In this document: positions 16,063 to 23,566 of the stretch, piece by piece | Layout: each line of letters opens with the position of its first letter | How positions within the stretch are numbered: the stretch's first letter is position 1 | From: an uncultured Acidobacteriaceae bacterium | GTDB taxonomy: Bacteria > Acidobacteriota > Terriglobia > Terriglobales > Acidobacteriaceae | Length of the DNA stretch: 64,000 bases | Assembly: GCA_963808695.1 (NCBI GenBank) | Contig: CAWEHF010000026.1 | Span: 14,161 to 78,160, forward strand | Direction: 5' to 3' | Program-made: the position numbers and the translations under genes | Notes under the pieces: generated by a model | What the model was told of the DNA's origin: nothing | Databases searched by the model: none | What the model saw: the letters and a program-made list of their open reading frames with translations, nothing else

Positions 16063-16733
16063 TTGCTTTTCCCCCTTGCCAATCGCAATGATCGTGCGTT
16101 CCGTTCCGGTTCTTCGCTCCGATATTTCCTCATGTACTTGCGGCGCTGTTCTTTGAACGATTCGCCCTGGGCCGCGTCCCGCTTCCGGCACCTATCCCCG
16201 CAATACTTCTGGTGATCTGTCACCGCGAAAAACCACTTCCGGCATTCCGCATGGCGACAGCGGCGAATCCGATGTACCGCGTTTATGTGGTCCATGAGCC
16301 ATGCAACCGCCACGCACTCAGGTTTCGCGCCTTCGCTCGCCGCAAGAAACTCGAAACTAACGTCAAAGCAAGTATCAGGTTCCGCGACATACCGGACGCG
16401 GGGAACGCATCTGTATTTGGACACTCGCGCGTAGAGTTCCTCCATGATTTCGTTTAACTCTGCATCCAACGCTTTCCAGTCGGGGCCGAGACCCGATGCG
16501 AGCTTAATAGCCTGATCCAACTGAATCACCCGTTGACAGGCTTCAACTACCCACGTGACGCGCTCTGTAACGCTGCTAGGCTTCCCGTTCAATAGCCGGA
16601 TGAGATTCTGATCGGCCCACCTGGACATTGCACTTGGACTCAGGCCGGATTGCACTATGGTGCGCTTGGCAGTCTCGGCCGCGCTGAGTGTCTTGGATGT
16701 CTGTAACGGACGCGATGTGATTCCCATACGCAT
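16059..16733 (-). CDS. hypothetical protein with C-terminal C4 zinc finger (CGNR-like)
   Basis: 224-aa ORF co-transcribed with int. C-terminus RCRHAECRKWFFAVTDHQKYCGDRCRKR resembles the CGNR Zn-finger pattern, followed by a basic tail. Confidence 0.55.
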   Translation of the reverse strand: MRMGITSRPLQTSKTLSAAETAKRTIVQSGLSPSAMSRWADQNLIRLLNGKPSSVTERVTWVVEACQRVIQLDQAIKLASGLGPDWKALDAELNEIMEELYARVSKYRCVPRVRYVAEPDTCFDVSFEFLAASEGAKPECVAVAWLMDHINAVHRIRRCRHAECRKWFFAVTDHQKYCGDRCRKRDAAQGESFKEQRRKYMRKYRSEEPERNARSLRLARGKSK

Positions 16734-16800
16734 ATCACAATAACACTAGCCTCCCTTTGGATGCAATGCAATTCTTTTGGAGTGGTTTGGAGGATTTCCC

Positions 16801-17010
16801 ATGAAACGAGTGCTCTTGAGTGTCGAAGAGGCAGCACAAAGGCTGGGCGGCGTCTCCCGGTGGACGGTTTACTCGTGGATGAGCCAGGGACGGCTACGCA
16901 GGACGAAAGTTGGCAGCCGGGTGATGGTTGCCGAAACCGACTTAGAAGGGTTCATCGCTTCATGCAACCCGGAGCCTGCCGCGCCGGACCCGGCAGAGCG
17001 AGCAAGCTGA
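16801..17010 (+). CDS. excisionase-family helix-turn-helix DNA-binding protein
   Basis: MKRVLLSVEEAAQRLGGVSRWTVYSWMSQGRLRRTKVGSRVMVAETDLEGFI matches the MerR-like excisionase pattern. Divergent from the int operon. Confidence 0.8.
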   Translation: MKRVLLSVEEAAQRLGGVSRWTVYSWMSQGRLRRTKVGSRVMVAETDLEGFIASCNPEPAAPDPAERAS

Positions 17011-17101
17011 CAGAGTACATCGGGCCGCGCACAGGGCAATCGAGGGCGTGTTCAGCACAATGGAAAGGCCCACGCGGGAACGTGGGCCGGAAAGGTAAAT
17101 C

Positions 17102-18352
17102 TTGTCTACCCGAAGTGTAGCAGAAGAATTCAAAGAGGCCCAAGTAAAACCAAGCGAACCGGACGCCGGCAGAGATCCCGATCCAGTCTGCAAGACAGAG
17201 AGCTTTATCCGGCGCTTCTGCATTCTGCCAGGAGCGGCCTATTTGCCGCTGGCATTGTGGACCGCTGCAACTCACGTCTCGGATGCGTTCGGCGCGTTCC
17301 CGTATATCGCTCTCACGTCCCCGGTGAAGAGATGCGGCAAAACCCGCGTGTTAGAAGTTCTGGAGCTGCTGTGCGCGAAGCCGCTACGAATCACCTCCGC
17401 CAGTCCAGCTTCGATCTTCCGTCTGATGAAGGACTCTCCGACACTGCTCTTAGATGAAGTTGAGCCGCTGCGAAATGCCAACCCGTCCGAGAGCACACAG
17501 GTAATCCTGTCGATCCTGAATGCCGGACACCGAAGGGGCGCGACTGTGACACGTTGCGAAGCCAGCGGAAAGGATTGGGAACCAGTCCATTTCCCCGTGT
17601 ATGGCCCCAAGGCATTCGCGGCCATCGGCAGACTGCCCGACACGCTCACGGATCGTTGCATCTGCATTCCCATGCAGCGAAAATCCGCATCGCAGACCGT
17701 CGCTCGGTTTTTGTTCGCAAAGACACCTGCCGAAGCGGAGCCGCTTCGCAACACCGTCGCAGCGTGGGCGGAATCACGCCTCGATGCCGTCCGCGAGTCA
17801 TACGAGAGCATGAGCGATCTTGATTTTCTTGAGGACCGGGAAGCGGACCTATGGATGCCGCTTTTCGCTGTGTGTGCAGTGGCCGTGCCGGGTCGCGTCG
17901 ATGAACTGAAGAAATGCGCCCGGTTGCTCTGCGGCGCCAAGGCCGCCGATGATGCGGAAGACTCTCAGGCGCTCAAGCTGCTGGCCGATGTGCGGCGCGT
18001 CTGGCCGGACGGCAAGCCGCACGTGCTGACTGCCATTCTGCTCGATGCGTTGAAGAGAATCCCCGATAGCCCTTGGGGGGAAGCGGGCCGGGAATTGACC
18101 CCAAGGGGACTGGCCACGATGCTCCGCCCTTTTGGGCCAGCGCCCCGCCAGGTGCGGGCGGACGGTGGAGCAACGGGCAAGGGATATTTGCGCTCGGAGT
18201 TTGACGGGCCATTTTGCCGCTACCTGCTGTCCAAAAACGCTGAAACTGAAACATGCGAAACAACCCGCGCAAACATTGGCGACGACGCCAATTCCGATAC
18301 CGAAACAGAGAGCCGAAGTTTCGGATCGAAAAACTCGCTGAACCCCGCATGA
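17102..18352 (+). CDS. DUF3631 domain protein (P-loop-like; replication/recruitment module of integrative elements)
   Basis: LALWTAATHV...PYIALTSPVKRCGKTRVLEVLELLC...TLLLDEVEPL...FPVYGPKAFAAIGRLPDTLTDRCICIPMQR matches the DUF3631 pattern. TTG start as listed; true start uncertain. Confidence 0.8.
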   Translation: MSTRSVAEEFKEAQVKPSEPDAGRDPDPVCKTESFIRRFCILPGAAYLPLALWTAATHVSDAFGAFPYIALTSPVKRCGKTRVLEVLELLCAKPLRITSASPASIFRLMKDSPTLLLDEVEPLRNANPSESTQVILSILNAGHRRGATVTRCEASGKDWEPVHFPVYGPKAFAAIGRLPDTLTDRCICIPMQRKSASQTVARFLFAKTPAEAEPLRNTVAAWAESRLDAVRESYESMSDLDFLEDREADLWMPLFAVCAVAVPGRVDELKKCARLLCGAKAADDAEDSQALKLLADVRRVWPDGKPHVLTAILLDALKRIPDSPWGEAGRELTPRGLATMLRPFGPAPRQVRADGGATGKGYLRSEFDGPFCRYLLSKNAETETCETTRANIGDDANSDTETESRSFGSKNSLNPA

Positions 18353-18738
18353 ATACTGCATTGTTTCGCCTGTTTCGGGTGAAATGAAGTTGACGGCATG
18401 AACGAACAAAGCGCCGGAGCCTCACTAGCGGGCCTGTAGCAGCGGCCAACCATGACACCATCCGCCGCGTTCACCCCGGCGTCTACGCGGCGCATCGGCG
18501 GACAAGACGCGAATGTGGCGCAATCATTGGGCGACAATGGCCGAAACAGAGAGCATCATGTGGCACGATGCCGAACCGTAGCCCCGGACTCGCCGATGAA
18601 GCGCGAACCATCGCAGACATGCTCTGTGGCGAACATCGCGCATGGTTCGGGTTTACACTGAGGCCAGAAATGGGAAAACCCCGCTGGCAGGCGGGGCCTC
18701 TGGTGTGGTTCTCTCCAATCACATCATGGAGTGGAACC

Positions 18739-18945
18739 ATGTCGAAAGTCAAACGAGCTTGGTGCCCATCTTGCGGAGCTTCCCTAAAAGATTCTCACGT
18801 TACTTGCCCCGGTTGCAAAGCCGCAGTCGTGCGCGATTATCGACCATTTGACTGCGCTTGCGGATTCACGCTTCTGGCAAGCGGACGGTCCGAAGTGTAT
18901 TGCAGAAAGTGTGGAAGACCTCTAGCTCTGCGGGATGCGGCGTAG
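18739..18945 (+). CDS. small zinc-ribbon protein (68 aa)
   Basis: ATG at 18739 after GGAGTGG. CPSC...CPGC and CAC...CRKC cysteine pairs. Confidence 0.5.
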   Translation: MSKVKRAWCPSCGASLKDSHVTCPGCKAAVVRDYRPFDCACGFTLLASGRSEVYCRKCGRPLALRDAA

Positions 18946-19203
18946 AACTTCCCCACAGTAGCGACAGGCCGTGGGCGGGGCGCATGGATTATGAACCGAC
19001 ATATCCGCGACGCTGCGCTCGCAGTTTGGGCACGCGCTAACTACGCCATGCCCGCACCTGTCACAAAAAGGGGGAACCTCTGCATCCGGTGCGTCTCCGT
19101 ACACTTCGGGGCAATCTGCATTCGAGCAGATTGCGCGATAGGGAACGTCAGCCATTATGTTTCCCTCCGTGTTCATTGCGCCTGATAATGCTTGGAGTGT
19201 CAT
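18922..19203 (-). CDS. double zinc-ribbon protein
   Basis: CSNADC...CDRC...CPNC...CRYC. Last gene of the minus-strand cargo operon. Start uncertain (19203, 19176 or 19155). Confidence 0.5.
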   Translation of the reverse strand: MTLQALSGAMNTEGNIMADVPYRAICSNADCPEVYGDAPDAEVPPFCDRCGHGVVSACPNCERSVADMSVHNPCAPPTACRYCGEVLRRIPQS

Positions 19204-19247
19204 CGACTCCGCGTACCGTCCACGGATGCGAAGTAGTCGGCTAGGGA

Positions 19248-19835
19248 CTACTTTGAACCCGCAACGAATCCCGCCAGAACCCATCCGATTGCGCGAACCG
19301 CGCCCCAGGGGATGAAGAAACCAAGGATGGGGAAGAGCGCAATCAAACAATAAAGCGATGCGGACGGGGCCGGTGTCGGATAAACGGTTTGGCCGTCCTC
19401 AGTCTCGATGGACGCAACTTCCCGATTCTCTGTCCAGTGGATCGTTTTTATTCCGCCGCTGTCCACTTCGCAGGGGTCGAATTTCTCCCAAGGGGCTTTT
19501 ACGGCCGCGAGGCAATAGGGCGCATTCGGATCAAAGTGGCCCGGCGCAGGAATTGGGTTTCCATTGTCGTCAAGGTAGGTCTTCGCCGGCGGCAGTTTTT
19601 CCTGTGGGGTCTGATATTTCTCCCAAGGCCCATGCGCTGACTGCGCGGTGATGCCAAACTCACCCTTGCGGGCGTACTCCACAACCGAGGAATCTGCCAA
19701 TTGCGTCCACCGCAGGTGGTCCGCGCTCTCGCGCATGGTGGATTGCAATTGAAAGTACGAGACGAATCCGCCGAGAATCGCCCCCGCCACTCCCAGGAGC
19801 AGGGCCAGCCGCCGAGTTCCTTCTCTGAGATTCAT
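19248..19835 (-). CDS. membrane protein: N-terminal TM, ~120-aa exported domain, two C-terminal TMs
   Basis: RRLALLLGVAGAILGGFVSYF and LYCLIALFPILGFFIPWGAVRAIGWVLAGFVAG hydrophobic segments. No known domain. Confidence 0.6.
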   Translation of the reverse strand: MNLREGTRRLALLLGVAGAILGGFVSYFQLQSTMRESADHLRWTQLADSSVVEYARKGEFGITAQSAHGPWEKYQTPQEKLPPAKTYLDDNGNPIPAPGHFDPNAPYCLAAVKAPWEKFDPCEVDSGGIKTIHWTENREVASIETEDGQTVYPTPAPSASLYCLIALFPILGFFIPWGAVRAIGWVLAGFVAGSK

Positions 19836-19866
19836 CGCTGCCTTTCCGGTTCGACAGACTTGACCC

Positions 19867-20400
19867 TTAACGTTCCCCGCCCGTCTGATAGCAAGTGAAT
19901 GAGATCATGCCCTTGGTACAGCGCCAGCTCACCGCCTTGTACTCTGTCTGCACTTTTCGCCCGTAGAATGTGACCTTCATGTTATGTTCCGGCCCGTCGT
20001 CACAGGTAACACCAGACATGGCATACCCTACCGGCTTCCCCAACTGCGCCGCGCCAGCCGCATTCAGGGTCATAGAGAAGCATTCCTTGCTTTCTCCTAC
20101 AAGCCAATTGCTTCCGGCTGTAATCACCGTATCCTCACGGTGGGAAATCCAGCCCACCGAATCGAGCCCGTCATACCCGCCGACGATCAAAGAGACGATA
20201 AAGCCCAAAACGAGAAAGCCGAGAATTAAGGAGCCCCACCCGGCTGCGGTTTCTTTGAGATCATCACTCAAAGGCTTTCGCGCTGGGCTGCCCTGTTGTT
20301 CGCCCGCCGTTGCCCAGCCATGCCTGAATCCCGCCACAAAGCCGCGCAACCCGTTTGGAAGCCCGTCCATCATTCCCTTCGAGTCCTCTTGTGAGGGCAT
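19867..20400 (-). CDS. single-pass membrane protein with Cys-rich exported C-terminal domain
   Basis: ATG at 20400 (alternative TTG at 20421). TM segment WGSLILGFLVLGFIVSLIVGG. Five Cys in the C-terminal ~100 aa. Confidence 0.6.
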   Translation of the reverse strand: MPSQEDSKGMMDGLPNGLRGFVAGFRHGWATAGEQQGSPARKPLSDDLKETAAGWGSLILGFLVLGFIVSLIVGGYDGLDSVGWISHREDTVITAGSNWLVGESKECFSMTLNAAGAAQLGKPVGYAMSGVTCDDGPEHNMKVTFYGRKVQTEYKAVSWRCTKGMISFTCYQTGGER

Positions 20401-20429
20401 ACCGCCGCCTTTCCGAGCCAAAGAGTGTA

Positions 20430-20447
20430 TGCGCTAAATATAGCGCA
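20430..20447. promoter_or_regulatory. operator-like inverted repeat in divergent promoter region
   Basis: TGCGCTA-aata-TAGCGCA (7-bp perfect arms), centred in the short gap between the cargo operon and the XRE gene. Confidence 0.5.
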
Positions 20448-20470
20448 AAGGCTAATTCGATCATGGACGC

Positions 20471-20686
20471 ATGGCAAAGGACATCTGTGCGGCAACGGGG
20501 GAGCGGATCAGGAAGCTGCGCCGCGCCCGGAACTGGCGGCAGATCGACCTTGCCGAGCAGTCTGGCGTCCACGAGGTCCACATCTCAGACCTTGAACGCG
20601 GAACCCGCGAGCCGGGGCTGCGCACCCTCAGCAAAATCGCCTCCGCTCTCGAAACAACAATCTCGGAACTGCTGAAGGGATTGTAA
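20471..20686 (+). CDS. XRE/Cro-CI family HTH transcriptional regulator (71 aa)
   Basis: GERIRKLRRARNWRQIDLAEQSGVHEVHISDLERGTREPGLRTLSKIASAL is a canonical HTH_3 pattern. Confidence 0.85.
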   Translation: MAKDICAATGERIRKLRRARNWRQIDLAEQSGVHEVHISDLERGTREPGLRTLSKIASALETTISELLKGL

Positions 20687-20818
20687 CGCCGCCCGGTCCA
20701 TCGGATTGAAAACGAATCTGCCGGGCCTGTTTGAGCGCGTCTAAAGGCCGCGCCTGCCACTAGCCAAGAATCGGACGGCGCACAAGACCCTCTCCTACGT
20801 TTACCCCTTGGGTTCCCT

Positions 20819-21049
20819 CTAATGTCCACGCTTGGACACAGCCCCAACCTCGCTCCGGCTTGCTCGCACGGTCGGTTTCTCTGAGGCACTATGAGTGGTG
20901 CTCTTTGGGAAAATCCCGGCTTCCTTGCGTGGCCGGTCCCAATACGGACTCTTACATTTCCCGCAGCGCAACGGCCTGCCTTCGCCCCGATAACACCACG
21001 GCTCACCACAGCGTAAGCAGTGTTTGATCTCCATGTGAAGAGTATGCAC
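20819..21049 (-). CDS. small zinc-ribbon protein
   Basis: CLRCGEPW...CGKCKSPYW cysteine pairs. Start at 21049 or 21034. Confidence 0.45.
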   Translation of the reverse strand: MHTLHMEIKHCLRCGEPWCYRGEGRPLRCGKCKSPYWDRPRKEAGIFPKSTTHSASEKPTVRASRSEVGAVSKRGH

Positions 21050-21167
21050 CGAAAGTGAGCACCGAGGCAGCGAGTTCCAGTCTTTTTACGGAAGATGCTC
21101 CTGGGACGCCATAGCCGCCACAGGCCGCAGGGCTGGACAAGTTAAGCGATCTCCCGCAGTCCCGGCT

Positions 21168-21365
21168 TTACCAGTGCGGCCAAACCCATGATCGTCCCAG
21201 TAGCTCGGCCAGGATGAGAACCGTTGAGCTAGGCTCACGTTTGCCCGCCAGCCAGTGCCCCACAGCCACATGGGACACGCCCAGGCTCGCTCCAATCGCC
21301 GTCAAGCTGTGCCCCGCGTCGCGTCTCGCGTGGAGGTAGTCACGAAATTGCGCCGTGGTCAGCAT
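21168..21365 (-). CDS. small HTH regulator (Cro-like, 65 aa)
   Basis: GHSLTAIGASLGVSHVAVGHWLAGKREPS is HTH-like. Palindromic operator copies lie upstream. Confidence 0.6.
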   Translation of the reverse strand: MLTTAQFRDYLHARRDAGHSLTAIGASLGVSHVAVGHWLAGKREPSSTVLILAELLGRSWVWPHW

Positions 21366-21434
21366 CGCTGTGAAAAGGATACCCTAGCCCCGGAAGGGTT
21401 GTAACGTGGTTGCAGCATGGGATTCGCGGTTCGG

Positions 21435-21448
21435 TGCGATATTGCACA
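21435..21448. promoter_or_regulatory. palindromic operator-like site (one mismatch)
   Basis: GTGCGATATTGCAC, 70 bp upstream of the HTH gene start at 21365. Confidence 0.45.
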
Positions 21449-21595
21449 AGCCCGTGGATACCGTCGCGCCCTCACTGCCGGAAGTGGATCGCGCTCTTTA
21501 GTGGGACGGCTTGTGTCTTTCGCCTGATGTTCTTTGCTGCTCAACGTTCACGCTTACCCTTTAATGCGATGCCATCCAAACCCCACGGGGCCAGG

Positions 21596-21611
21596 AGTGC
21601 AATATTGCACT
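21596..21611. promoter_or_regulatory. palindromic operator-like site (perfect 16-bp palindrome)
   Basis: AGTGCAATATTGCACT. Confidence 0.5.
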
Positions 21612-21799
21612 TTCACTCCAGAGCCTTCACAGCGCCCGCTATGCCTCACGGCAGGGCAAAGGGCTTGCAAACGCTCACAGGGGCTTTCTGTGCGCCCGCG
21701 CCCCATCCTGTACGGGTTTCCCGCTACCCTGAAATGCGGCCAGCGCAGGCCATGACCATAGAAGAGCACGGAACGGTTCCAATCCGCGATGCGGGCGAC

Positions 21800-21822
21800 T
21801 GTAGCGGATACTGTAGCGGGTG
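21800..21822. repeat. arm-type repeat, copy 2
   Basis: Identical 23-mer, about 103 bp inside the element from the other att core. Confidence 0.6.
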
Positions 21823-21925
21823 TCGGTTTAGATGGGGTTGTGCCGGTTTGGACCGCAACCCCCTAAGTCTCTGAAATTACAACGGGAAGCAAACCGCAAC
21901 AAATGCAGCAAAACGGGTGGTCTGA

Positions 21926-21966
21926 GATTATGAGTCCCCTGCTCTAACCGTTGAGCTACAGGCCCT
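21926..21966. repeat. att repeat (orphan 5' half of the tRNA)
   Basis: Identical 41 nt. The sequence diverges from the tRNA after position 40. Confidence 0.9.
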
Positions 21967-21980
21967 GATCGTCTGTAAAT

Positions 21981-22010
21981 ATATTATGGTGTTCAGCTTG
22001 CAGTCGTGAA
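21981..22010 (-). promoter_or_regulatory. candidate native sigma70-type promoter of the tRNA, now upstream of the orphan 5' half
   Basis: Minus strand reads TTCACG-N18-TAATAT. The -10 element ends about 15 nt upstream of tRNA position +1 of the orphan copy. Confidence 0.4.
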
Positions 22011-22265
22011 TCTACGGTTCGCCTGGGGTAGTCTTGCGCCTGGCGCCGGTTACTCTCTAAGTTTGACACACGCGCTTAACGGCAGTCGCCCGCTTACGGT
22101 TGATGGAGCAGAGGCGCCTGGCCCCATAGCGAACGCTCGGCTTTTGAGGGCGCTGGGTGGCTTCAGTCAACGTCCAGAGTCTTGCCGATCAATGAGTCTC
22201 CGCTATCTCAATAGTCCGGCTGCCGACCGGACCGGTACCAACGCGCTGCTGTGTCATGCCCCCAC

Positions 22266-23474
22266 CTATCTTGGATGGGAGATTCTTAAGAGCAGGACAT
22301 CGTGGATTTCCATTTCGAGGGGCATGCCATCGGTCAGCTCGATTTCCTTGCCGGTCCAGAGATCCGTGGCCTTTTGAGGACCGTGCAATCCGAGACGCAC
22401 CAGGTTCAGGTGGAATGGATGGGTGGAATAACGGGAGTCGCCGATATTGAGAATGGCGATGGCGATTGCGCCGCCTGAGAGCGGACGGGTCCAGACTTCG
22501 ACCTGGCCGGAGCTGTAAGCGCGCGTGGCAGGACGGCCGAGCGGATCCTGATCGATGGCGATGACCTGGCGATTGGTGAGAATGTCACGAATCTCCGGTT
22601 TCATGTTCGCCAGGTCGTTGCCGGCCAGCAAGGGCGCGGCCAGCATGGCCCACATGGAAAAATGGGCGCGGTTCTCGGCCATGGTCAGGTCGCCGTTGCC
22701 CACCTCGAGCATGTCGGGGTCGTTCCAGTGGCCGGGACCGGCGAAGTCCTCCAGGCCGGCCTGCATGCTCATGTTGGCGTAGATGCTGTACATGTTGGGC
22801 TGAATGTCGCCCGTGGTGCGCCAGAGGTTGGCGCCCACTTTCGGTCCCCACTCCCACACTGCGTCCCACCCATACTGGCAGAGCGAGTAGACAATCGGCC
22901 GGCCGGCGGCCTTCAGCGCGCGGCCCATCTTCTCGTATGCGGATTGCATCAGCCGCATCTGCGCCGCCTTGTCGTTGGGATCCTGCTTTTCCATCACCGC
23001 GGGAATGTAGCTGCAGAGGTCGTACTTGAGGTAGTCGATGCCCCACGCGGCGTAGGTCCTGGCGTCCTGCTCTTCATGGCCCAAAGAGCCCTCGTATCCC
23101 GCGCAGGTTTTGGGACCAGGAGAGGAATAGATGCCGAGCTTGAGACCTTTGGAGTGGACGTAATCGGCAAGGGCTTTCATGTCGGGGAACTTCGCGTTGG
23201 AATGGATGACGCCGTCGGCATCGCGCTCACCTTCCCAGGTGTCGTCGATGTTGACGTAGATGTAGCCGGCATCACGCATTCCTGAGGTGACGAGGGCATC
23301 GGCTGCGGCGCGGACGCCCTTGTCGTCGACCTTTTCGGCGAAGTAGTTCCAGCTATTCCAACCCATGGGAGGCGTTTGCGCCACGGATTGAGCGGAAGCC
23401 AGCCGCGGCAACGCGGCAATGCAGATAAGGGCGGCGCAAAAAACGACGCGTGCGTAATTTGGAATTCGTATCAT
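22266..23474 (-). CDS. GH27 alpha-galactosidase, secreted
   Basis: Signal peptide; PPMGWNSWNYF and YVNIDDTWEG motifs. Confidence 0.85.
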   Translation of the reverse strand: MIRIPNYARVVFCAALICIAALPRLASAQSVAQTPPMGWNSWNYFAEKVDDKGVRAAADALVTSGMRDAGYIYVNIDDTWEGERDADGVIHSNAKFPDMKALADYVHSKGLKLGIYSSPGPKTCAGYEGSLGHEEQDARTYAAWGIDYLKYDLCSYIPAVMEKQDPNDKAAQMRLMQSAYEKMGRALKAAGRPIVYSLCQYGWDAVWEWGPKVGANLWRTTGDIQPNMYSIYANMSMQAGLEDFAGPGHWNDPDMLEVGNGDLTMAENRAHFSMWAMLAAPLLAGNDLANMKPEIRDILTNRQVIAIDQDPLGRPATRAYSSGQVEVWTRPLSGGAIAIAILNIGDSRYSTHPFHLNLVRLGLHGPQKATDLWTGKEIELTDGMPLEMEIHDVLLLRISHPR

Positions 23475-23566
23475 TGGATGCTCCTCGAAGCGAATAGATC
23501 AAGCTGGGTGAAGAAGCCGCGAGCGAAGAGGATCGGCAAGCGCCGTCCTCCTCGCTGCTGCAGACT

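Noticed and set aside
18430-18440. 11-nt match (GGGCCTGTAGC) to the tRNA 5' end / att core, in inverted orientation inside the element
   Set aside because: An 11-mer match is expected by chance many times in 64 kb on both strands, and there is no flanking similarity.
21410-21874. 154-aa plus-strand ORF and overlapping ORFs in the right end of the element; also considered as a decayed second integrase because of the shared 19-mer with int
   Set aside because: The translations are low-complexity. Similarity to int does not extend beyond the 19-nt palindrome-containing string at the nucleotide level. The region is better explained as regulatory or arm DNA.
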